From a virus (Duplodnaviria > Caudoviricetes), in IMG/VR virus record IMGVR_UViG_3300037467_000533, positions 1 to 27,149 of that record: DNA of 27,149 nt; one strand, written 5' to 3'. Shown in pieces: positions 16,027-23,246 of the stretch (position 1 is its first letter; every line of letters begins with the position of its first letter). The notes beneath the pieces were generated by a model that had not been told where the DNA came from, ran no database searches, and saw nothing but the letters and a program-made list of their open reading frames with translations. The position numbers and the translations under genes were made by a program.

Positions 16027-18207
16027 GTGGCATATCCCGGTGACCACCCAGGATCATTCCCCGGCGCCGAAGCCGACACCACCGAGACCGTCGACCTTGG
16101 CATCCGCCTCGGCATGGAGGTCTCGGATCAGGTCGTCACGTTCGACACCGAGACTGTCGATGGCCTCGGCATCAGGCTTGGGCTTGAGGTTTCCGACGTC
16201 ATCATTCACGCAGTCGAGACCGTCACGCTCGGCATCGGGCTCGGACTGCGCACCTACACCCCGAAGGCGTGGGGCGAGGACGTCCGCACCGGCCGGCCCG
16301 CACCGCGCATCGACATCGCAGACCGCGACGGCACGCTCGTCGCGACCCTGCCGAAGTCGACGCTCAAGCCGCTCACGACCGGCGTCAACGTCCTCGACAG
16401 GTTCGGGTTCACCGTCGACCGGAACGACGCGCGGGCGCGGCTGATCCAGCCCGTCGCCCACGAGGCTTACCTGTACCGCGGGAACGTGCTGATGGCGAAG
16501 GGTCCGATCGGCCCCGGCAACTCTGGCGACGCGTTCACGTCCTACGACTGCGCCGACCCGCGCTGGCACTTCGCCGACGGGCGGCGCCGCATCGGCCGCA
16601 TCCCGAAGCGTCAACTGCTGCTTAACCCTGGCTTTACTGAGGGCGCTAACGGGCTCGCCCACTGGGTCGGCGGCTGGGACGCCGGCTCGGCGCTCGCGTC
16701 CGCACCTGAGGCTGAGGTCGTCGACGAGTCCTATGCGCGCTCCGGCAAGGCGCTCGAGCTCGGCGGCGTCGACAAGGTCATGCGCGGCACGGAAACCCTT
16801 GAGACCGCCGCCGTCTTCTATGGCAATCGGCCGTATGCGTGGGAGCCGCTCGCGAATGGGTTCCTGCCCGGTGGTGAGGCTGCCATCACCGCCATTGCGA
16901 ACATGATGACCGGGCCGGCTCCCGTCGTTCACATCACCGGCCACACCGCCGACGCGGACGCTGGGGACGGGCAGGCGCTCTCGGAGCGTCGCGCGCTCGC
17001 AGCCAAAGCTGTCGTGCTTGCGCGCTGGCCGCTCGCCGTCGTCACCACCGAAGGCAAGGGAGAGACGGAGCCTGCCGTCAAGGGCCACACTGAAGAGGCG
17101 TACCGGAAGAACCGCCGCGTCGTGTTCGAGTTCGACACGAACATCTCCGCGGTCGGCCACCGCCAGTTTTACTACCAGTGGGTGACGGTCACACAGCCGA
17201 CGTCGGCGAAAGTCCCTCTCCCGCTGACGTTCGCTGCGGACATGCGGATCATCGAATGGCTCGGCGCGCCCGGCGACGGGTGGGCCATCCTCGTGCGCGC
17301 CAAGCGCGGCTCGACCGTCATCGACGAGGCGAACGCGACGATGGACGAGTTCACGCCGCGGGTCCGGTGGGCGCACTACGAGGCGACCGTCGAGATCCCC
17401 GCGGATGGCATCGCCACCGCCGTGCAGGTCCGGCTGTACCCGCCAGCCGGTTCGTCCCGGTGGGCGAACGCCGGCTTGTGGCCGCAGGACCAGCTCGGCT
17501 TCTTCGACGTCGACCAGGCACTCATCGTCAAGGGCATCGTCGAGCATGTGCAGGACGAGTCCCTCGGGCACGGCGACCTCGGCATCGGCACCCGCACACC
17601 ACTCACGGGCGTCCCGCGAACGCGCGAGTACCCGTACCACGAGCGGATGCCGGCCGACACTGCGATGGAGTGGTTCACGTCCATCGACAAGGGCATGGAC
17701 ATCGACTACGACCAGGACCGGAATCAGGTCGTGACGCACTACCCGCGTCAGGGCACGTCGGCGGATCTGGCGCTGGTGCACGGCGGGCGCCGGTCGAACG
17801 TCGTGGCGTACAAGCCGCTGTCGACGTCCGCGCTCGCGCTCGCGTCGAACGTGATCGTGCAGGCTGACGGTTCGGGCGCATCCCGGCCAGAAGGCTACGC
17901 GCGTGACTCGGCCGCGCTCGGAGGGGCGCTGGTTGAGGCTGTCATCTCCGCCGAGGAGGAGACGCCACTGTCGGAGCTCGACGAGGGCGCCGCGTCCGCA
18001 CTGGCCGCGTCGCTGCACGCCCGTCCAGGCTGGGAAGTCACAGTGTCGCCGGATTGGACGACGCGCGTGCTCGACCAGACCGGCAAGGGCGACACGCTGC
18101 GGCTGGTCCTGCCAGACGAGGACGTGGACGGCCCGCACCGGCTCGTCTCGTCCGAGTGGAACCCAGAGACGGACATCGTCACCCTGACGCTCATCGAGGA
18201 GGCGTAA
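16027..18207 (+). CDS. Baseplate hub / Tal-like minor tail protein containing CBM-like and OmpA-like domains
   Basis: Hub-like N-part (LYRGNVLMAKGPI) and C-part (R.R.Y..., G.DID, YPRQG, SNV...ASNV...G.G, GD.LRL..D); inner LLNPGF CBM-like module; inner OmpA motifs ITGHTAD, LSERRA, GKGETEP, KNRRVVF. Confidence 0.8.
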   Translation: MAYPGDHPGSFPGAEADTTETVDLGIRLGMEVSDQVVTFDTETVDGLGIRLGLEVSDVIIHAVETVTLGIGLGLRTYTPKAWGEDVRTGRPAPRIDIADRDGTLVATLPKSTLKPLTTGVNVLDRFGFTVDRNDARARLIQPVAHEAYLYRGNVLMAKGPIGPGNSGDAFTSYDCADPRWHFADGRRRIGRIPKRQLLLNPGFTEGANGLAHWVGGWDAGSALASAPEAEVVDESYARSGKALELGGVDKVMRGTETLETAAVFYGNRPYAWEPLANGFLPGGEAAITAIANMMTGPAPVVHITGHTADADAGDGQALSERRALAAKAVVLARWPLAVVTTEGKGETEPAVKGHTEEAYRKNRRVVFEFDTNISAVGHRQFYYQWVTVTQPTSAKVPLPLTFAADMRIIEWLGAPGDGWAILVRAKRGSTVIDEANATMDEFTPRVRWAHYEATVEIPADGIATAVQVRLYPPAGSSRWANAGLWPQDQLGFFDVDQALIVKGIVEHVQDESLGHGDLGIGTRTPLTGVPRTREYPYHERMPADTAMEWFTSIDKGMDIDYDQDRNQVVTHYPRQGTSADLALVHGGRRSNVVAYKPLSTSALALASNVIVQADGSGASRPEGYARDSAALGGALVEAVISAEEETPLSELDEGAASALAASLHARPGWEVTVSPDWTTRVLDQTGKGDTLRLVLPDEDVDGPHRLVSSEWNPETDIVTLTLIEEA

Positions 18208-18842
18208 TGCGCGCACCTGACGGCAGGCCCTACGTCCGCGACGGCATCGGTGAGCAGCTCCGCGGCGGACGCAAGACGGTTGACGTGCTGTCGCGGCGCC
18301 TCGATCGGCAGCCAAAGATCCCCGACCCTGTGGCATCTGGTGGCATCGTCGGCATGGCTGAAGTTGTGTCAGCAGGCGGAGTCCAAATGCTGGCAGGACA
18401 AGCGCTGCTACGGAACAGCATCACCTACCAGACGCCGGACGACGCCTTCGCCGGGTCTCCGGGCGCCAGCTCCCAAGCGATCTCGTCATGGTGCACCATC
18501 GACGCCAGCGAGCCCTGGAAGATCGCGCTCATACCGGGCTGGTACAACCTCGCGGTCACACTCCAGGTCAACTGGTCCGTTAAGGCAGAGGCGCCGACCT
18601 CGCTGAGCCTCTACATGCAGGGCGGGTGGGATGTAGCCCACAACGACTGGAGCATCTTCGCCCTCGCCGACACGAGCGACACCTTGACGCCGCAGTGGGG
18701 CATCGCTCAGGTCGCCAGTCACGGCCCCACGTTCATCAACGACGGCGACGCCGTGTGGCTCGAGTGCCGCCCGTATGGCGGGAACCCGACTGGGGACAGC
18801 AATGCCGGCGCTGTGGTGTGGAACATCACGAAACTCGGATAG
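18207..18842 (+). CDS. Minor tail protein (possible receptor-binding, C1q/TNF-like beta C-terminus)
   Basis: TAATG overlap with the hub stop; short coiled N-terminus followed by a beta-rich domain with PGWY.L.V...W and GD.V.L motifs. Confidence 0.65.
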   Translation: MRAPDGRPYVRDGIGEQLRGGRKTVDVLSRRLDRQPKIPDPVASGGIVGMAEVVSAGGVQMLAGQALLRNSITYQTPDDAFAGSPGASSQAISSWCTIDASEPWKIALIPGWYNLAVTLQVNWSVKAEAPTSLSLYMQGGWDVAHNDWSIFALADTSDTLTPQWGIAQVASHGPTFINDGDAVWLECRPYGGNPTGDSNAGAVVWNITKLG

Positions 18843-18844
18843 CA

Positions 18845-18924
18845 GAAACCCCGCCCGCGTCGCGTTCGGGTGGCCGCTCACATGGGAGGCATGAGGGGCG
18901 CCGCGACGGGGCGGGGCCGGTTTC
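18845..18924. terminator. Large imperfect inverted repeat between convergent genes
   Basis: gaaacc/ccccgccc-g-cgtcgcg pairs with cgcgacg-gggcgggg/ggtttc; inner catg[ggagg]catg hairpin. Confidence 0.6.
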
Positions 18925-18932
18925 GTGGAGGG

Positions 18933-19082
18933 TCAGTGGCCGCGCTGGGCGAGGTGGGCGGCGAGGCCCGAACGGCTGGCGCGCTCGAGATGGTCGCGGA
19001 CGATGCTGCCGACGACGTCGGCCTTCGTGTCGCACGCGGCGATGAGGCGGGCCTTGATCTCGTTGCGCTGGGTCTCGCTCAT
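18933..19082 (-). CDS. Small hypothetical protein (49 aa)
   Basis: AAGGAG RBS 10 nt before ATG 19082; MSETQRNEIKARLIAACD...; ends at the inverted repeat. Confidence 0.65.
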   Translation of the reverse strand: MSETQRNEIKARLIAACDTKADVVGSIVRDHLERASRSGLAAHLAQRGH

Positions 19083-19229
19083 GTCGTCCCACTCCTTGGC
19101 TGACTGCGATTGGTTCACGGTTCCCCCTGTTGGGCTGTACCCCTCAGTGCCGCTCGCGTGGGTTCTGATACATCCGCTGCTATTGCGTTTCGTCAAGGGG
19201 TGTATTGAGCGTGCGCCTGCGTGGCTGGT

Positions 19230-19257
19230 TTGTCAAGACGCAAGAGGCAAGTAGTAT
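19230..19257 (+). promoter_or_regulatory. Housekeeping-sigma-type promoter for a leaderless transcript
   Basis: TTGTCA-N16-TAGTAT, 6 nt before GTG 19264; no SD present. Confidence 0.6.
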
Positions 19258-19263
19258 GCGGAC

Positions 19264-19449
19264 GTGCCCAAGATTGTCGGCGTTCTGGAGTTAGTGGACC
19301 TGCTCGGCGTGACTCGCCAGCGGGTGTGGCAGCTCATCAAGCGCGCCGACTTCCCGGAGCCGTGTTACCGGATGAAGGCCGGCGACTTCTGGCTCCTGGC
19401 CGACATCGAGGCGTGGGCCAAGGCGACCGGCCGGAAGGTGAACCGATGA
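19264..19449 (+). CDS. AlpA-family helix-turn-helix DNA-binding protein
   Basis: VG..E....LGVTRQRV.QL....DFPEP.......W....IEAWA motif. Confidence 0.85.
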   Translation: MPKIVGVLELVDLLGVTRQRVWQLIKRADFPEPCYRMKAGDFWLLADIEAWAKATGRKVNR

Positions 19450-19700
19450 GACGTTGGCTATGGCTGCACTTGACCCTTGCGGGCCGCTACGAGCGGCGGG
19501 CTGCTAAGCGCTACCAGCGGATGCTCGAACGCGGCAGACGCGACCCTGAACTGCTCGCCTTCCGCGCGCGCGTCAAGGCGTGCAAGCCGCACCCGAACCG
19601 GCGACCCAATCCTGAAGCGACGGCCATCCGACCGCCGAACGTCGCCGAGATCTGCGACGACTGCGGCCTGAGCATCGTTACGGTGAAGGTGGACCGGTGA
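19446..19700 (+). CDS. Hypothetical basic protein with C-x2-H ... C-x2-C
   Basis: ATGA overlap with the HTH gene stop; CKPH...CDDC. Confidence 0.65.
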   Translation: MRRWLWLHLTLAGRYERRAAKRYQRMLERGRRDPELLAFRARVKACKPHPNRRPNPEATAIRPPNVAEICDDCGLSIVTVKVDR

Positions 19701-19945
19701 GCGACGTGGTACTTAGTTATTTGAACCGCCTGCGCCGCATGGGGCCTAGCCTGCGACTGTCTGCCGACATCGACGAGGTATTGGCCGAGCGCATGCAGGA
19801 ACTCGCGCGGCGGGCCGGGGTGGGCGTCGATGAACTGTGCCACTGTGGCCAGCCCGTCAACGTCTCGGAACTCCGCAACCGAGGCATGTGCACTTTCTGC
19901 GACGACGTGCGCTGCGACGCCTACCCAGGTGAGTGTGGCCGATGA
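19697..19945 (+). CDS. Hypothetical Cys-rich (zinc-finger-like) protein
   Basis: GTGA overlap; CHCG...CTFC...C...C. Confidence 0.68.
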   Translation: MSDVVLSYLNRLRRMGPSLRLSADIDEVLAERMQELARRAGVGVDELCHCGQPVNVSELRNRGMCTFCDDVRCDAYPGECGR

Positions 19946-20070
19946 ACAGACTTCGCGCCCGTCTCGGCTGGTGCACATGCGGAGGCTGGGCCTGCTGGCT
20001 CGACAACATCTTCGACTGTCGCATCCGGCGCGTCTGCGATGCGCACGACCGGTACATCACCACCGACTGA
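19942..20070 (+). CDS. Tiny Cys-rich protein (42 aa)
   Basis: ATGA overlap; MNRLRARLGWCTCGGWACWLDNIFDCRIRRVCDAHDRYITTD; ends just before the terminator; below the ORF-track cutoff. Confidence 0.6.
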   Translation: MNRLRARLGWCTCGGWACWLDNIFDCRIRRVCDAHDRYITTD

Positions 20071-20081
20071 CCGACCACCTC

Positions 20082-20119
20082 CGAAGCCCTAGCCAACCCG
20101 GCTGGGGCTTCGTCATTTC
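20082..20119 (+). terminator. Intrinsic terminator closing the mini-cassette
   Basis: cgaagccctagcc[aaccc]ggctggggcttcg followed by tcatttc. Confidence 0.7.
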
Positions 20120-20141
20120 CTGAACCGAACGGAGCCCCCAC

Positions 20142-20342
20142 ATGGGTGACGAGATCCCTGGAGAGTCCACCGCCGTCATCCTCGCCCGCATGGAGGTCAA
20201 GCTGGACCAGGCGCTCACCGGCCACGCCGACCACGAGACACGCATCCGCGTCCTCGAGCGCAAGGTATGGGCTGCCGCAGGGTTCGCTGCCGCGCTGGGC
20301 ACTGCGGGCGGCGCGGGCATCGCACAACTCCTCGGGCGCTGA
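20142..20342 (+). CDS. Lysis-cassette membrane protein (coiled coil plus C-terminal TM)
   Basis: RMEVKLD...DHETRIRVLERKVW followed by a hydrophobic Gly/Ala helix, a pattern common beside actinophage lysins. Confidence 0.8.
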   Translation: MGDEIPGESTAVILARMEVKLDQALTGHADHETRIRVLERKVWAAAGFAAALGTAGGAGIAQLLGR

Positions 20343-20345
20343 GCC

Positions 20346-20486
20346 GTGAGCAGCCCCGAGCCGCCGACGTTCATCATCCCGTCGAAACGGTGCTGGCAGT
20401 GGTGGGGCCGACGCCCGCACCGGCCGCACCTGCACGGAAACCCGCCGCGCACCCGCTGGTGCCCAGGCATCAAGCCCCGCACCTGA
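20346..20486 (+). CDS. Tiny hypothetical protein (46 aa, C...PH.PH...WCPG)
   Basis: GTG 3 nt after the previous stop; MSSPEPPTFIIPSKRCWQWWGRRPHRPHLHGNPPRTRWCPGIKPRT; fills the gap; RBS weak. Confidence 0.5.
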   Translation: MSSPEPPTFIIPSKRCWQWWGRRPHRPHLHGNPPRTRWCPGIKPRT

Positions 20487-20504
20487 CAGCCGAGGAGGCA
20501 CCCA

Positions 20505-20654
20505 ATGGCCGAGAACGATGCGCCGGAGAACGACCCCGCCACCACCCCACCCGAGCCTGAGCAGCACGCGCAGGTGCTCACGGGCGAAGAGGAGGGTGTC
20601 GCCCTCTACCCCGACCAGACGCCCGAACTGCTCGACGACGAAGAGGTGATCTGA
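20505..20654 (+). CDS. Tiny acidic protein (49 aa), in frame with the endolysin
   Basis: GAGGAGG RBS, ATG 20505; MAENDAPENDPATTPPEPEQHAQVLTGEEEGVALYPDQTPELLDDEEVI; TGA abuts the endolysin TTG. Confidence 0.7.
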   Translation: MAENDAPENDPATTPPEPEQHAQVLTGEEEGVALYPDQTPELLDDEEVI

Positions 20655-21578
20655 TTGACCGCCACCGCGAAGCAGTTTCTCACCGCCCTCGCCGGCCAGA
20701 TCGGATACCGCGAAGGCCGCGACCCTGACGGCAACTGGAACAATGACAACAAGTTCGGCCGCTGGTACGGGATGAACTACGTCGCATGGTGCGCCATCTT
20801 CCAGAGCTGGGGCGCCAACGAGGTCGGAGCGCTCGGCACTCTCGTCCCGAAGTACGCCTCGTGCACGGCTGGCCTCAACTGGTTCCGGGCGCGCGAGCAG
20901 ACTGACGTGTGGCCGCCGCGGCCGGGAGACATCTTCATCCTGCTCGAGTACGCCCCCACGCGGTGGAACGCGCAGGCCAACGGCTGGGCGCCGATCCACA
21001 CTGGCGCCGTCGAGAAGTTCGTCGCCGACACCGGCAACCCAGACGCAGGGTTCATCGTCACCATCGAGGGCAACACGAACCTGGGCGGCTCCGACCAGGG
21101 CAACGGCGTCTACCGCCTCCAGCGCCGCGACACCAAGACGAGCAACGCCATCATCTACTGCCGCCCATCTTGGGCGCCGGAGCCACCGCCGACCATCCCG
21201 ACGAGTGGTGGCGACTCGGCTGTCGTCCACCCGAAGCCGTCACCGGCCAAGCCGAAGCCGATTCCTGGGGCGACCTACACCGGATCGCGCACGATCGACG
21301 TGTCTTCTGTGCGCCCCAACAGACGCAACGAGGCGTCTCGTCGATTCAACGGACTCATGTGGGCGTGGCTGTGCAGGAACAGCCCCACCTATGCCCGGAA
21401 GAATGCCTCGGCGTGGATGCGTGAGTCGTCCAACCTCTACGGTCCGCAGGCGCAGCGTGCGACGCAAGAGATGTACCGAGTGCTCTCGGCGCGTCAGCCG
21501 AAGCGGTTCCGTCCCGTGAAGCTCCCGACATGGCCCGGCCCCGAGGGTGTGGCGGCTATCGGCGGAAAGCCGGTCTGA
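20655..21578 (+). CDS. Endolysin with N-terminal CHAP domain
   Basis: QIGY.EG...NKFG.WYG.N..AWCA.F.SW (catalytic Cys), IHTG.VE (His), TIEGNT; Pro-rich linker; basic C-terminal domain; GAGGTG RBS and TTG start. Confidence 0.9.
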   Translation: MTATAKQFLTALAGQIGYREGRDPDGNWNNDNKFGRWYGMNYVAWCAIFQSWGANEVGALGTLVPKYASCTAGLNWFRAREQTDVWPPRPGDIFILLEYAPTRWNAQANGWAPIHTGAVEKFVADTGNPDAGFIVTIEGNTNLGGSDQGNGVYRLQRRDTKTSNAIIYCRPSWAPEPPPTIPTSGGDSAVVHPKPSPAKPKPIPGATYTGSRTIDVSSVRPNRRNEASRRFNGLMWAWLCRNSPTYARKNASAWMRESSNLYGPQAQRATQEMYRVLSARQPKRFRPVKLPTWPGPEGVAAIGGKPV

Positions 21579-21582
21579 CCCC

Positions 21583-21732
21583 GTGGCGGTCGACTCTCGG
21601 CCGCAGATCGAGCGGACGGCCCGCCGCGCCCTGCTCGCTGGCGCGTGGCTTATCGCGTCATGCGCGACGCTCGGCGGCTGCTCGTTCGCCTATCTCGCGT
21701 TCCACCACACCAAACCCAGGAGTCCGAAGTGA
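21583..21732 (+). CDS. Small single-TM membrane protein
   Basis: RRALLAGAWLIASCATLGGCSFAYLAF hydrophobic segment; stop overlaps the holin start (GTGA). Confidence 0.55.
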   Translation: MAVDSRPQIERTARRALLAGAWLIASCATLGGCSFAYLAFHHTKPRSPK

Positions 21733-21944
21733 CCAAGGTTGTTGATTTCCTGACGCCCGCCCGACGCAGGGCAATCTACGCGGCCGGCGCAGCACTGTTC
21801 GGCGTGCTCGTCGCGCTCGGCGTCATCGACGCCACCACGTCCGGCGAGTGGCTCGCGATTCTCGACAAGGTGCTCGGGTTCGCGTCGCTGCTCCTGGCCG
21901 TTCTGAACACGAAGGTTGAGCCTAAGGCTGACGACGCCGCGTGA
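21729..21944 (+). CDS. Holin (two TM helices)
   Basis: TP..RRAIY.....L.GVLVALGVI......WL..L..VLG...L.LA..N pattern; AGGAG RBS; follows the endolysin. Confidence 0.8.
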   Translation: MTKVVDFLTPARRRAIYAAGAALFGVLVALGVIDATTSGEWLAILDKVLGFASLLLAVLNTKVEPKADDAA

Positions 21945-22036
21945 GACGCGCCCTGCTGGCGTCCACGGTCGCTGCGGTGCTGCTGGTCGTGACCGCAACG
22001 GTCGCACATGCTGGCGGCTACTGGGGCGGCGTCTGA
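21941..22036 (+). CDS. 31-aa signal-peptide-like ORF (MRRALLASTVAAVLLVVTATVAHA-GGYWGGV)
   Basis: GTGA overlap with the holin stop; n/h/c signal-peptide architecture with an A-H-A cleavage motif; below the ORF-track cutoff. Confidence 0.55.
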   Translation: MRRALLASTVAAVLLVVTATVAHAGGYWGGV

Positions 22037-22096
22037 CCCCCCATAAGCCCAATGCGCGAAAACCTGTCAGACCTTATAGGTTTCCTGCAACGAACT

Positions 22097-22134
22097 GGCC
22101 CCGTCCTCCATGTGAGGGCGGGGCCTTTCGTCAT
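22097..22134. terminator. Terminator between the convergent lysis operon and integrase
   Basis: ggccccgtcctc[catgt]gagggcggggcc followed by tttcgtcat. Confidence 0.8.
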
Positions 22135-23246
22135 GCCTCGGGAGGATTGAGCAGCCGGTCCAGCGACCCCAGCGCGAGCCGGTGCCGGTCCTCGTTGCCG
22201 TGGATGTATGCCTGCCGCGTGATCTGCACCGACGAGTGCCCCAGGATCTCCGCGATCAGTTTGTCTGACGCGCCCGCCATGTCCAGCAGCGACGCCGTCG
22301 TACCGCGCGCCGCGTGCAGCGCAGGCATGTCGCCCTTGGGGGCATCCTTATCGCACACTCCGGCCTTAACGAGCAGCGCCTTCCACGCCTCCCAGTCGCC
22401 CTTGGGGTCTTGCTTCTTGCCGTAGAACACGAACTCGCCCCGATGCTCGACCTGTCGCAGCGCGAAGTCTGCGGGGCTGACCGCGCCGAACGGGATGGAC
22501 CTGCGTGACGTGTCCGACTTCGGCAACGTCATCACCAGCCCCTTCTTGCGGAGGCGTAGTAGCTCGTTGCGGACGTAGAGGCGGCCGGCGTCGAAGTCCA
22601 CATCCTCCCAGCGCAGGCCGAGGCATTCGCCTTGGCGCATCCCGAGCAGCAGCGCGCAGATCCAGCGGGCAGCGAGCGGGTCACCGTCGAGCGCGAGCAG
22701 CACCTTGCGGGCCTCGTCGAGCGTGAGCGGCTTGTGGTGGTTCTTCCCGACGGGTGGCGGGTCGACGAGCGCGGCTGCGTTGCGGGCGATCTTCCCGTCG
22801 CGTTCGGCGACGACGAGGGCACGCCGCAGGATCGCGTGCGCCTGACGCCTGGTCGAGTCCTCGAGCCCTTTCTCTTTCATCCACTCATGCAGGCGGCGGA
22901 CGTGCGCAGGGGTGAGCTTGTCGAGGCGGTGCTTGCCGAGTTGGGGGATGAGGTACTGGTCGAGGTAGGTGCGGTAACCGTCGAGGGTGCGCTGCTTGCA
23001 GCGGGTCGGCGCGACCTTCTCGAACCAGTACTCGAGCCACGTCGCGACGGTCATCGAGTCGGACAGCACGCCTGCCTCGACGTCGCGTTGGAGCTTGCGG
23101 AACTTGGGTGTGAGCTCGCGTTTGGTGCGGGCGGTGACTTGTTTACGGGCGCGTTTCCCGTTGACGATGCCGAGGTCGATGCGGCCGACCCAGAGGCCGT
23201 CGGAGCGTTGGAAGATGCTGCCCTCGCCGCGAGTGCGGCGACTCAC
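22131..23246 (-). CDS. int: Tyrosine integrase
   Basis: N-terminal arm-binding RGEGSIFQRSDGLW; catalytic set R (LGMRQGE), K (PKS), H-x-x-R (LHAAR), H (LGH), Y (QAYIH). Start is GTG 23246 (overlapping the upstream stop) or 23255. Confidence 0.95.
   Translation of the reverse strand: MSRRTRGEGSIFQRSDGLWVGRIDLGIVNGKRARKQVTARTKRELTPKFRKLQRDVEAGVLSDSMTVATWLEYWFEKVAPTRCKQRTLDGYRTYLDQYLIPQLGKHRLDKLTPAHVRRLHEWMKEKGLEDSTRRQAHAILRRALVVAERDGKIARNAAALVDPPPVGKNHHKPLTLDEARKVLLALDGDPLAARWICALLLGMRQGECLGLRWEDVDFDAGRLYVRNELLRLRKKGLVMTLPKSDTSRRSIPFGAVSPADFALRQVEHRGEFVFYGKKQDPKGDWEAWKALLVKAGVCDKDAPKGDMPALHAARGTTASLLDMAGASDKLIAEILGHSSVQITRQAYIHGNEDRHRLALGSLDRLLNPPEA

Noticed and set aside
386-18336. Very long antisense ORFs (386-2281, 5614-6948, 10901-12736, 16054-18336 and others)
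   Set aside because: They mirror well-supported + strand genes, have no recognisable motifs, and are expected shadows of strong GC codon bias.
19136-19142. Extra TGTACCC copies (19136, about 25850) as remote integrase sites
   Set aside because: They are isolated 7-mers without the 12-bp pairing; a few chance copies are expected in 27 kb.
20142-22036. Lysin B or spanin genes
   Set aside because: No cutinase-like G-x-S-x-G protein is present. LGGC in the 21583 ORF resembles a lipobox but is followed by only ~16 residues, too little to call a spanin.
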